A stretch of 64,000 nt of DNA. Origin: Hormiphora californensis. Its lineage: Eukaryota; Animalia; Ctenophora. The translations under genes and the position numbers were made by a program. The DNA lies in the NCBI GenBank assembly GCA_020137815.1, contig CM035354.1:558001-622000 (forward strand), in the 5' to 3' direction. Shown in pieces: positions 51,023 through 63,124 of this stretch. The notes under the pieces were generated by a model. It was not told the origin of the DNA. It did not search any database and saw only the letters and a program-made list of their open reading frames with translations. Numbering within the stretch: the stretch's first letter is position 1; each line of letters starts with the position of its first letter.

Positions 51023-51544
51023 GCAAGGTCAACACGGGTGAGACGGTAAAGTGGGACGATGCACCAACAACGTCACTGGATTAGTATGAGAATAGTCATA
51101 GACAGTTTTATTGGAGAAGAATGAAAAATATATCGTGTGTTAGTTGATTAATTGAAATATATTGTTTATTAATTAATTGCACTGTCACGAAGAAGTTCAG
51201 CGTTTCAATAATTTGTTAACTTGATCTTGGAATCACACAATTCAGTGTTCTCGGTTTGGGCGGGGGGGGGGGGGGCGTTCCGATGATCTGACTGGATAAG
51301 ATCACAAATATCTGAATAACATCGCAGTTACCCTTGAAACTGGCCAGTTTGAGGTTCGAGACGCTAAGCCACCTTCAACCTCACTCAAACTAACCTAGTT
51401 TGTAACTTAAGTCAAACTCATTTTTGGTCTGCTAAAAATTATATATATGAATGTTAACAACAAATTGACAAAAACCCAACTCAATTCAAACAACACATAG
51501 AAAACGTTTAATAATGGTTTTTGGAAAATATTATTCACACACCG

Positions 51545-52324
51545 CTATAAAGCACTCTCTAATACAATTTCACTATTTTGTTCAATGTTACCAGGCATGA
51601 TCCTAGGAATAAGATAAACTCCTGATAGCTGTATTACAGGATTGAGAAGGGAGTTTAGAGATATACTGAGATACCAATATAGAGCTGGGAAAGTTATTAC
51701 TGAACCGGTCAACGCATAAGAATTATCAACACTCCAGTTAAAGAACAATGTAAATCCGATTCCTTCAACAATGATGAACAGAATTGATAGTATCACAATT
51801 ATCCATGAATTACCATGGTTACCTGTATCTGGAATGTTTAGTAGAACCACTACTAGCATTAGAGTCACTATGAACACTACAATCACACACAACCCATTCA
51901 GATAGACGATATAGAGGGCAGTGAGAGAGCGGAGAAAGAGGGCTGTTGAAGGTAAAATACCTGTAACCAGGTATACTAGTATTGACAATACCCAGAAAAT
52001 CTTCTCGTTGAAATTGTAGAACCCCGTTAAATTTAACCGAACCACGCACACAACAGTTGTACATACTGATGATATTGGATTTAGCACAATCAGAGCCCCC
52101 TGAAGGGAGACAAGTAGTACCCGGTCAGCCCAGTCATTTTCAGGGTCTTGTAACTGCATACATGCATTAACTACAAACATCAGAGATATGAGAAGATCGG
52201 TGATGTTGAGGGGAATTAAGAGTCGTGATTGTTTATCTTTTCGTCTTTGAAGGTTGATCCACAATGATACAGCGTTACAGAGTGAACCAATCATACCTAT
52301 TACACCAGCCAGTGATAAAGATGC
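51545..52324 (-). CDS. Rhodopsin-like (class A) 7TM GPCR, main exon
   Basis: Seven hydrophobic segments; GSLCN (TM1), LNITDLL (TM2), VVR at the end of TM3, NSLLNPVI (TM7). Acceptor AG at 52326-25; first exon not located. Confidence 0.75.
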   Translation of the reverse strand, partial: ASLSLAGVIGMIGSLCNAVSLWINLQRRKDKQSRLLIPLNITDLLISLMFVVNACMQLQDPENDWADRVLLVSLQGALIVLNPISSVCTTVVCVVRLNLTGFYNFNEKIFWVLSILVYLVTGILPSTALFLRSLTALYIVYLNGLCVIVVFIVTLMLVVVLLNIPDTGNHGNSWIIVILSILFIIVEGIGFTLFFNWSVDNSYALTGSVITFPALYWYLSISLNSLLNPVIQLSGVYLIPRIMPGNIEQNSEIVLESAL

Positions 52325-52846
52325 CTAGAGAACTGACCATTGGAGCTGTTATAGAAAGGGTATATTATTAAATTAATATGATATTTTATTGATAAAACTG
52401 GATAAATTGAGAAATGTAATACACTATAATATTGCTCTATTGGGCAGCATTCTCTGTTGTCACACATTTCAACCTTTCTGAGGTTCGGTTGAACAGTTTT
52501 TAAATGCCTGATTGCATCATTTATCCGATAAATGTTTAAAAACTCTTAAAAACTGGCAGAAATTTCCACCGGAGCTTGCAGACCTTGGGCCAGCTTGCAG
52601 CGGATTTCACCCTCACACCCCCTGACCGGAGCTACCGCCGGATATGGGCCCAGCTCCGTCTAGACCAAATTCCAGTTGGATGCTAAACATGCAGTGACAG
52701 TCATAACTAAACTAGTTCACTCTCCCAGGTCGATTTAGTCTCTTAATAAGTGAGAATCTCACTGTGAGATGGGTGCTAAAAATGTTGAAAAATAGTTTCA
52801 GATTTAAATTTTTAAATCTGCGAGAGTTATGGGGGGAAAACGTTAA

Positions 52847-53095
52847 AATCTGGGTGCCTTTCATTGCTAACAATTCGTAGTTTTGGCGCGCGCGACGGGT
52901 TAGGGCTATCCGTTAGGGTCTGGTTAGGGTTTGGTTTGGGGTTATCGGTTAGGGCTATCGATTCTCTAACTGATACCGTTTAGTTTACTCAAATCGGCCA
53001 TGTGGTTCCATGGCTATAGCCGTTTGAAAAAAGTCGGTCTAAGTATACTCTTTTGGTAGCGCGCACCTGTAAACAGGCTGCAAGGCACCCAGATT
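52847..53095. mobile_element. Short TIR element with degenerate TTAGGG repeats
   Basis: AATCTGGGTGCCTT ... AAGGCACCCAGATT; internal GGTTAGGG-like tract. Confidence 0.5.
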
Positions 53096-53114
53096 AAAGT
53101 CCATTTTTATTCAA

Positions 53115-53335
53115 TAGTGGAAGCTCTTACGGTAATTCCCACGCCCCGTGGGAAAGTTTTCGACCGTGGGAAAATTTTCAAACCGTGGGAAAAGAGAGAT
53201 ACATGCAATAACGAATAAAAAACAATTTATTTTTATAGTTATTGTATGTATCTCTCTTTTCCCACGGTTCGAAAACATTCCCACGGTCGAAAACTTTCCC
53301 ACGGGGCGTGGGAATTACCGTAAGAGCTTCCACTA
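53115..53335. mobile_element. Palindromic MITE, TAG..CTA termini, 3-bp TSD
   Basis: TAGTGGAAGCTCTTACGGTAATTCCCACG and its reverse complement; TSD CAA. Shorter family members at 54445-54588 and 55865-56008 (TSD TCG at the latter). Confidence 0.9.
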
Positions 53336-55519
53336 CAACTGTTCACCCTCCAACTCGTGCGCGTGCGATATTTTAATTTATGCTGCGCGCGCTACACGTT
53401 AACATGTGATAGACGCGCAAAACAATTCCGCGCACGACTTTGGGGGGTGAACAGTTGAAAAAAAATGGGGTAAGTCGGAAGAACCTGTCCGTTCCTCTCA
53501 TGAGCGCTCATGAGTGTATCATGAGTGTGTCATGAGTGTATCATGAGCGCTCATGAGTGCTCATGAGACCTTGCTAATGAGCGCTCATGAGACATATGTC
53601 TCATCCCATCTCTGTTTCAATGTCTCATGAGCGCTCATGAGACGTTTTGACCTACATGTGCTCATGAGTGTATCATGAGACATGTCTCATGAGACATATA
53701 TCTCATGAGACGTTAGGGTTATGGTTATGGTTGGGTTTAGGGTTGGGCTAGGGTTAGGGCTTTCCTTTAGGTTTAGGGACCTGTAGAGGGTAGGGCTAGG
53801 TCCAAGCCTATGGGTTAACCCTATCCCTACGGGTCCCTAGACCTAAAGGATAACCCTAACCCTAGCCCAACCGTAAACCCAACCCTAACCCTAACCCTAA
53901 CGTCTCATGAGATATATGTCTCATGAGACATGTCTCATGATACACTCATGAGCACATGTAGGTCAAAACGTCTCATGAGCGCTCATGAGACATTGAAACA
54001 GAGATGGGATGAGACATATGTCTCATGAGCGCTCATGAGCAAGGTCTCATGAGCACTCATGAGCGCTCATGATACACTCATGACACACTCATGACACACT
54101 CATTCATAAACATTCATAAACATTCATAAATAAATTAAGCATTGTACACAAAGTTTCAGCTCAAAAAGAGCTAACACTCAGACACCAAAAGGAATCGGGT
54201 TGTAATGGGCAGCCAAACAACATAGAAAAGCAAAACACCCCTGAATGATTTACTCAGTGGTGGCCCCAGCCTGGGGTGGTGGGGGGGTGGCCACCCCCCC
54301 AAACATTTTCAGATAGGGGTTGTCGGGGGTGGTAAAATGGTTGAAAAATGTGTTCTAAATAGCTTGAAATTCGTCAAAAATCAAAATTTTCCGGGGGCTT
54401 CGCCCCCTTACCCACACCAATAGCTGACAATCGATATTATATCGTAGTGGAAGCTCTTACGGTATTCCCACGACCGTGGGAAAAGAGAGATATATAGAAA
54501 TACTAAGAGAGAGAAATTTCTCTCTCTTAGTATTTCCATCTATCTCTCTTTTCCCACGGTCGTGGGAATACCGTAAGAGCTTCCACTACGATATAATATC
54601 GATTGTCAGCTATTGGTGTGGGTAAGGGGGCGAAGCCCCCGGAAAATTTTGATTTTTGACGAATTTCAAGCTATTTAGAACACATTTTTCAACCATTTTA
54701 CCACCCCCGACAACCCCTATCTGAAAATGTTTGGGGGGGTGGCCACCCCCCCACCACCCCAGGCTGGGGCCACCACTGAGTAAATCATTCAGGGGTGTTT
54801 TGCTTTTCTATGTTGTTTGGCTGCCCATTACAACCCGATTCCTTTTGGTGTCTGAGTGTTAGCTCTTTTTGAGCTGAAACTTTGTGTACAATGCTTAATT
54901 TATTTATGAATGTTTATGAATGTTTATGAATGAGTGTGTCATGAGTGTGTCATGAGTGTATCATGAGCGCTCATGAGTGCTCATGAGACCTTGCTAATGA
55001 GCGCTCATGAGACATATGTCTCATCCCATCTCTGTTTCAATGTCTCATGAGCGCTCATGAGACGTTTTGACCTACATGTGCTCATGAGTGTATCATGAGA
55101 CATGTCTCATGAGACATATATCTCATGAGACGTTAGGGTTAGGGTTAGGGTTGGGTTTACGGTTGGGCTAGGGTTAGGGTTATCCTTTAGGTCTAGGGAC
55201 CCGTAGGGATAGGGTTAACCCATAGGCTTGGACCTAGCCCTACCCTCTACAGGTCCCTAAACCTAAAGGAAAGCCCTAACCCTAGCCCAACCCTAAACCC
55301 AACCATAACCATAACCCTAACGTCTCATGAGATATATGTCTCATGAGACATGTCTCATGATACACTCATGAGCACATGTAGGTCAAAACGTCTCATGAGC
55401 GCTCATGAGACATTGAAACAGAGATGGGATGAGACATATGTCTCATGAGCGCTCATGAGCAAGGTCTCATGAGCACTCATGAGCGCTCATGATACACTCA
55501 TGACACACTCATGACACAC

Positions 55520-57330
55520 TCATTCATAAACATTCATAAACATTCATAAATAAATTAAGCATTGTACACAAAGTTTCAGCTCAAAAAGAGCTAACACTCA
55601 GACACCAAAAGGAATCGGGTTGTAATGGGCAGCCAAACAACATAGAAAAGCAAAACACCCCTGAATGATTTACTCAGTGGTGGCCCCAGCCTGGGGTGGT
55701 GGGGGGGTGGCCACCCCCCCAAACATTTTCAGATAGGGGTTGTCGGGGGTGGTAAAATGGTTGAAAAATGTGTTCTAAATAGCTTGAAATTCGTCAAAAA
55801 TCAAAATTTTCCGGGGGCTTCGCCCCCTTACCCACACCAATAGCTGACAATCGATATTATATCGTAGTGGAAGCTCTTACGGTATTCCCACGACCGTGGG
55901 AAAAGAGAGATAGATGGAAATACTAAGAGAGAGAAATTTCTCTCTCTTAGTATTTCTATATATCTCTCTTTTCCCACGGTCGTGGGAATACCGTAAGAGC
56001 TTCCACTATCGGTCTAAATTGCTTAAAACTCATAAAATTACAATTTTCCTGGGGCTTCGCCCCTTTCCATCATAACGAGGGCTAAATATGGTTGAAGATT
56101 TTTCTTAAATGGCTGAAAACTGTCCAAAAATTTGATTGAGATTGCATAAATTCATCAAAAATCTAAAATTTTCCGGGGGCTTCGCCCCCTAACACACACC
56201 AATGGCTGAAAATCGTTATTCTATTGTTCTAAATTGCTTAAAATTCATCAAACTTAAAATTTTTCGGTCGCTAAAAGTCTTGAATGGCTGAAAATTGTTC
56301 AAAAAGTGGTTCTAGATTGCTCAAAATTCATCAAAAATCTAAAAATTTTCCGGGGGCTCCGCCCCTAGCCCCCGCCAAGGGCTCTGCGCCCCCAAACCCC
56401 CTGCGCCCCAAACCCCCTGCGCCCCCAAACCCCCTGCCGCAGCTCCCTCGGCGCCGCTTCGCGGCACCTCGGTCACTTGGTTTCGGGATTGACCACCCCC
56501 CCAAAATATCCGTGCTGGGGCCACCCCTGGATTTACTCTCTGAAAACACTCGGATCGTTTCTCCAATCCAACAGGGAGTTACTGTGCTGAACACTATACC
56601 CTCGAACCGGTGGCTGGTCAGGGATGGTGGACAGATATTTACCGAGCGACTGCTTTAGCTCGAGTAGGGAAGCTGAAGATCTCACTACCCGAGGCACTGC
56701 ATTCCATAACTGAGCTCCTTTTACGCCGAATGATGAGTCATAGGGGCCAGAGATGGATTTTTGGGCCAAGTAGTTATACCGAGGGATTACCGCTCTGGTG
56801 CCAAGGCGTGGGTGCTCTGTAAACAAGAGACTCGTACTGTTTGGTACTACCTTATGCAAGACCTTCCAGACGTGGATAATTATATATCGTTCTCGGCGCC
56901 GTTGAAGGGACAGGATTTTAGGTGATGGAGTCTGTCCCAGTAATTCATGCCCGAACAACTCGCGATCCTGCGGGTGAATTGTCTCTGTGCCTCCTCAACC
57001 AGTGCAATATCTGACTTTTTGACAGGGTTCCATAGGGGGCAACAGTATTCAACCTGGGGTCTGACGATGGATTTGAGTAGGGTTAGCATGGTGTCATCCG
57101 ATCTATCCCGAAACACACTAAGTGCCCAGCCACTCATCCGACGAGCCTTAGTCGTGATGCTGCCGATATGCTCCGACCATGCACAGTTTGTTGAAACAAG
57201 GACTCCTAGGTCTTTGACAGATTCGCTAGGGGATATCGTTTCGCCTCCAGGCCCACTGTAGGAGTAGTTTTCATTGGAGAATGGCAGCTCTCTTAACAGT
57301 TGGGTGGAGCGAAGAGTATAGTTCATAACT
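55520..57330 (-). mobile_element. 5'-truncated CR1-type LINE (ORF2 C-terminus, 3'UTR, tandem tail)
   Basis: KDLGVLV..WSEHI..KARRMSGWAL..VRPQVEYCCPLWNP..QRQFTRRI..YWDRL..SLQRRRERYIII, with a frameshift near 56920; tail (TTTATGAATG)3 at ~55521-55550; 3'UTR interrupted by a MITE. Confidence 0.88.
55675..56529. mobile_element. hAT-type MITE inside the CR1 3'UTR
   Basis: CAGTGGTGGCCCCAGC ... GCTGGGGCCACCCCTG; 8-bp TSD GATTTACT (55667-74, 56530-37). Confidence 0.85.
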
Positions 57331-57686
57331 TCATGAGCGCTCATGAGACGTTGAAACACCTAAAAACGTCTCATGAGCGCTCATGATACACTCATGATAC
57401 ACTCATGACACACTCATGATACACTCATGAGCGCTCATGAGAGGAACGGACAGGTTCTTCCGACTTACCAAAAATGGAGTATATAATCGCGCCCGTTATG
57501 GGGGGCCTTGAGATTTAAAATTTATCCGACGCGCATTCTTATATAACTTAACGCGCGGCGTCTTTTTGCGCGTGTGTTTATTTAGCGCGCACAGCCGCGC
57601 TTTCTTTCCCTTCAACGTGCTACGGCGCCTTCCAACACCGAAAGCAAATGACGTAATAATGCGGTCAGCTGACGGAGTGCTGCTGT

Positions 57687-58437
57687 AGTAGTAGTAGTTC
57701 TAGGGAGAAATTAGAGCCGAGGAGGGCCTAAAGTCCTCCTCGCCAGCTCCACTGATCTCCCCGGGTCGGACGTAAGTAGGTCGAGTGTCGTCCGAGTCGT
57801 CCCGAATAACCTCATTCTCTCGCCAGAGGTTCGGGAGCAGTCCTGCATCCAATGTTGCAGGTCCTGTTGTTGTCCTGGACAGTATGGACATTCCGGGCTC
57901 ACGGCCTCATCTATCCGGTGTTGGTAGGCTCGGAAACCATTGTGGTGGCCCGATCGGAGACGAGCTATGAGTACCTGGTCCTTTCTCGTCGTTATGTCTT
58001 TGTCCGTGTCTTTATTATAGTTTTTGTAGGTCTCTGCAGTCCGCTGGTGTTGTACCGGCTCGTCCTTTATCACCCGCCGTATGTGGGCCTTCACGGCTGC
58101 GAAGGATACTGGCCTCTCACCCTGATTCTCCGTTTCCAGGGTGGTTGCGTCCTTGGCTGCCTTATCAGCTAGTTCGTTACCGGGAACATCCACATGGCTG
58201 GGGATCCACTGAATGGTAATGTCTGCTTTGCATCCACCCATACTGTGTAGTAATCCGGCAATTGTCGATGTCGGGTTTGTACTATTCATGCTATCGCATA
58301 GTGATTTGCTATCGGTACAGATTAGCACTCTCCAATACTGGGGGTGGGAGTGGAGCCAAGAGGACGCTGTCCTCATAGCTTCTAGCTCCTCCTCAAATGA
58401 TGAGGTGTGCGGTCGTCCTCTAGTCTTGATGGTGTCA
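57687..58437 (-). mobile_element. 5'-truncated RNase H-bearing LINE (I/ingi-like)
   Basis: ELEAM..ICTDSKSL..QWIPSHVDVPGNELADKAAK (RNase H), ARLRSGH, CPYC..H...C knuckle; (ACT)n tail; 11-bp TSD AGTGCTGCTGT (57676-86, 58438-48). Confidence 0.9.
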
Positions 58438-58667
58438 AGTGCTGCTGTTGGTATATCGGAACTACATGAAAACAAACATTTGTCTTTTCCACTGATAATG
58501 AAGCTGCCTGAGCAGAAAGTTACATAGAAAAAACACGCGAAGTAAAAAGGCACAAGACTAAAAACTGTACATATTTTCTGAATACATGATGAGTCCGATT
58601 CTTCAAGTGTCCTCAAATGGTCGACCTACCAATTCCTACTAAATATATATATTGTCACACAGCTGTT

Positions 58668-61600
58668 TTAGTTTGTAAAATAAAGCTTCACCGTGGATGT
58701 AATCTCAGCCCGACACATTGGACAGATAGAAACTATACCGCAGTCCGAACAACAACATACATGACCACACGGCAGAAAAGCAACCGAGGGAGGGGCATCC
58801 AGACAGATGCAGCATTCCTGCTCCGAAGCAACCATCTCCTTTTTCGATTGTTGTCGGACCAGTGCTCCTTTGGGGGGAGAGGGGGCACTTGGGGCACTGG
58901 GTGCTGACGGAGAGGGAGTCTGTTCGGGGGGTGCTGAGGCCCACGCAGGAGGTAGAACCTGGAGGGAGGGATAATGATACAATGATAATAACACTTGTTT
59001 TGTTCTAACCCTCCTTTACATTTGTAAAGTCTAGCTAAGCAAGATAACACTTGTTATATTCTAACCCGTCGCGGGGGTGCGGAGAGAGAGAGGGTCGAAC
59101 AAGGCAAGATAACAAGAATATTGAGAACAGGAATATTAATAATTTCGCAATATTTACCGATGGTCCCTGGTATTCTTCACCCTCAACAGGTTTCTCTAGA
59201 TTTGCAGCTTTCATTGCAGCATTAATTGCATCCTCTTCTTCCCTCAGGATCTTCTCTGGCTTACTTGCCATCAGCATTTGGTATTGGTACAACCAGAAGT
59301 TGGCCTGGAAAAGAGATAGAGGGTAAAAAACAAAGGAGACATATAACAGATGTCCATGAAGTTTGAGAAGTTAATTAAGGTGTTAATTAATGATTTGATT
59401 AATGAGATAATTAAGGTGTTAACTATCTGTCTACTCGACACTTACCAGTTCATCCTCAAACTGGTTTTCAATCATTTTAGCGTGTTCAGCAAGCTCCTCT
59501 CGTCTCTCATCCTGTTTAACCATCAATTGTGCCAGTAACCCAGCCATTTCCCCTCTCTGGCTTGCAACGTCAGTCATCACCTGGGGTGATATACGGGAGT
59601 GAGAAATCTGGCATCGGGTTAAAAAGTAGTGAGAAATCTGACATAGGATTAAAAAGTAGTGAGAAATCGGTTAGGGGAAGGAGGTTGTCATGAATGTGCT
59701 TGGGAGAGACTTGTTGATAGTGATTTGTGTCACACGTTGTGTGTTAGTGTTGACAGGTAGTACACAAGAGATGCATATTATAATCAAGAAAGATCTGCCT
59801 TCACAAATATTATAAATTCGGGCGGCCGAAAAATCCTATTTTATACTTTTTCAACGTCCTATGACACAGCAAGATCATACATTGCTACATTGCTAACAGA
59901 GACATAAAATAGCTAACTTACTAACCGCGAGTTAACAAGTCACTAAGTTACTTGGCTAACAGAGAGTTAACACTAACAAGTTACTAAGCTAACCTAGAGT
60001 TAACCGAGAGTTAACAAGTCACTAAGTACACACCCACCTGATCATCAAGGTCCTTCTGATTCTTCTCCAGTATTGTTAGCAGCATCAAATTCTCCTGAAC
60101 ACTCTCTATCTGGACAGTGAGCGCCTGGGAGGGGGGAGGGGAGGTGTAAATACATAAACATGTTAATGAAGGGTTTGAACATTTAAGATCTCTATCTGCA
60201 TTTAAGATCTCTATCTGGACATTGGACAGGGTGTGCTATTTTTCCCAACTCATAAACCAAATCCAATTTTCACATAGTTTACCCCTAGAATGAGTTCCTA
60301 CGATCATTCTAAAACATTTGGTAAAAAAATTTTAGTCCTACCCTGGCCCAATTACGTGGGCCGATGTATGCCCATATATGGGCATATTCATATCAAAAAA
60401 TGTTTTTTGGGGCGTTATTTCGAAAAAACCACACATATGAATCGACTCATGAGACTCAGTACAACCATTATTTCCAGTCTGCACCTTCAGAACTCCATTT
60501 TATAATGAAAATTTTTTTTTGTTTCATCTTTTTTTCTTGCACATTTTCCTACTTTGCAGTATTAGTGGAGACGAATTTTAACTTTTTGAGATTTTATTTG
60601 TCGGAATGCAAATTCCGGTTGTAACCGACTAATTTTGACCTGCTGAACACGATCCTGTTAATGAAAAAGCTCTCAAAATTGAAGAAAATGACCGAAATGA
60701 ACATTTTTAGTCAAAAATGAACATTTTTGGTCCAAAATGAACATTTTCAGGTCAAAAATGAACTTTGGCTAACTTTCATGATACACATCCATTCTGATCG
60801 GTATCAAACCGCTGAACACGACCCTGTCTATAAAAAGTTGATATAAAGAACATGCCAAACACTGGTGAAAAACACACATATTTTCCTTTTTTCGGTAAAA
60901 AAGTAAACTTTTTTAATCGCCTGGCCCACGTAATTGACATACACTACCCCAATTCCGTTTTCAGGATTTAGTAGACAATTGTCCATAGTTTCATATCTAC
61001 CCTTAACCTATTGGCCAAGTCGACAAAATTTTCACTTAGCACACCCTAGTAGACAGTCAGCGCCTACAGAGAGGGCAGAGGAGGTAGATTGAGTACAGTG
61101 ATGAGGAAGATATATTATATAGTTCTAACTCTAAATGTAAATGAAGGGTACTTAGAACAAGATATCTCTTGCTCTATCTCTCTTGCTCTAAACCACACTC
61201 AGTTATTTAAGTTGGTGCCTCTATCACACGAGGTCCACGTGTGATAGAGGCACTTATAACATCAGCCCCTTTCAGTATTATCATTATAATATGCTGCAGT
61301 ATTATCATTATATTATAATATGCTGCAGTATTAGCATTATATTATAATATGCTTTATTATCATTATATTATCTTGTGCTATGTTATCATTATAATATAAT
61401 AATACCTTGTATAATCTCTATTATAACAATGAAGGTTGTTACCTTGTAAAGTTTGTCGTGCTCCTGTTGAGCTGTGATAAAGAGTTGCCTCTGTAGTTCC
61501 TCGTCATCCAAAATCATTCCAAGTAGCGCCTTTTTATCTGACTCGAAACTGTTAACCTGATGGAAAACAAGGTTAATGAGTAGTTAATGGTTAAATGATT

Positions 61601-62856
61601 AGTAGATAATGGGTAATTATTGTATTATATAATCGATAGTTATTGGGTATAGAGTAGCCTGGAAAGGAAACCTCAAATCATTAGTCAAGAAAAAGGGTCA
61701 GATTTTGTTTTAGAGATTAACCAAGTTTGGGTAAATGACCCGGCCAAGAGGCGTGTGATCATTCGTCAGTTGGGTGGTTGGAAAAACGTTTGAGGCCAGG
61801 TGTATTAAAATTTAAAAAGAACAATAGATTTTTGTCTTGAGATAGAGAAATCAACCCATTTTTCATGAGATAATGATCTACTTCTAAAAATAGACAGTGT
61901 CTAGAGGACACCTACCACTCTCTTGTGAAGTTCGTCCTCATTCCTCTCCTCGTCCTGAACACTCCTGAACATCTCCATGAGCTGTTTGTCTGCATTAGCT
62001 ACAAAGCTATCCATCAGAGCCTCCTCTTCCAGCACCTTCTGCATCTCGTCTGATATGAACTTCATGTCCAATGTAGAGTCTGCCACGTACCTAACACACG
62101 AGAGAGAGTTTTAGAGAGAACTGTACCTAACACACGTACCTAACACACAGGAGAGAGTTTAGAGAGAACTGTTGGGAAGTGGGAAACCGGAAATAAGAAT
62201 GTTTGTTTTAGAACATTTTGCAGTTCGTAATGGTGACCAACTTTCCACTAGTTTACTGCTGCACGTCAGGAACCGACCGAATCAGGTAATACTGGTCCCT
62301 GATTGGCTAATAACCAGTCACGTGACCTAAATAACGAGTTCTGATTGGTTGTTTACTTGTTACTGCTGCACGTGCAGATATATTTCTTACTTTTTAAAGG
62401 TTTCCTCATCTTCCTTGATAAATGCAGCAAGCCGGTCTCTCTCTTCATTCCTCATCCTCTCAATCTCTCTTAGTATCTCATCCGCAACTATATCTTTCTG
62501 AAAAGGACAACGACGTGTGAAATCATTTACACTCCTAAATTAGACAATTAGCAATTATCATTAGCGAATCTAGACTTGCTATAATTGTACTTACGTCCTC
62601 GACTTCTTTGAGCGCTTCCCTAATGTTTGCCATCTTGATACTCTCTTGCCCCGCTAGGTACTCAGACAACTTCTTCTTCTCTTTGTTCTCCTCGGCCTCC
62701 ATTTTCTGTTTCAATCTCCTCATTCTTGCTTCCTCAACCTTAGAAGACCCATCTGTCATCTTCTGGAGTGCCTCCTCTTCCTCTTTTAATCGGGCTAGAA
62801 TCTCCGCCTGTTCGGCTGCTTCCTTTTCCTGTCTTTTCAGCATTGCTTCCTCAGCC
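58668..62856 (-). CDS. LRSAM1: LRSAM1/Tal-like E3 ubiquitin ligase, C-terminal exons (5' part not located, probably beyond the window)
   Basis: Coiled-coil exons (~62856-62596, 62497-62389, 62090-61916, 61556-61443, 60125-60039, 59580-59446), then ANFWLYQYQMLMASKP (59304-59158), then PSAP repeats and C3HC4 RING ECCICLD..FLPCGHVCCCSDC..CPMCR (58958-58668). Confidence 0.78.
60227..61048. mobile_element. Intronic TIR element with YAGGG ends
   Basis: CAGGGTGTGCTA ... TAGCACACCCTA; subterminal inverted GGCCCAATTACGTGGGCC motifs; TSD degraded. Confidence 0.6.
62267..62359. mobile_element. 93-bp interspersed element with 14-bp TSD, intronic
   Basis: CAGGAACCGACC...GGTTGTTTACTTG flanked by perfect TTACTGCTGCACGT (62253-66, 62360-73). 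Confidence 0.8.
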
Positions 62857-63124
62857 TGAAGGGAGGGGAGGGGGTCAAGACAACAGGTGGGGGCGAAGAC
62901 AAAATGGGAGGGTAAGATAATGCAAAACAGACAGAATGGGTGGCAGTAGAAGGATTAGGCCAGATCATTGTCGTTAACACGTGCATGTAATTGCATGGCG
63001 CTACGAGGACAATAACCAGAGAGAGGGAGGGTAATAGCATATATTATAGAGATATATATTCTTATGGAGCCCAGTTTTTTTCTTGTTCTTCTCTCCTTAC
63101 TAACTCGCTATTCCATCTTTAGCA

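Larger units (their letters stand above)
53469..57469. mobile_element. Merlin-like non-autonomous hairpin element (GGTAA termini, 8-bp TSD) expanded by nested insertions
   Basis: GGTAAGTCGGAAGAACCTGTCCGTTCCTCTCATGAG and its reverse complement; TSD AAAAATGG (53461-68, 57470-77); CTCATGAG subterminal arrays and a TTAGGG-like core. Confidence 0.88.

Noticed and set aside
53710-55325. True telomere or chromosome-fusion site
   Set aside because: The repeats are short, degenerate and enclosed in a TSD-flanked transposon.
58449-58616. N-terminal part of the 301-aa RNase H ORF
   Set aside because: It lies outside the LINE's TSD and is chance read-through from the LRSAM1-like 3' region, so it is not evidence of a domesticated fusion gene.
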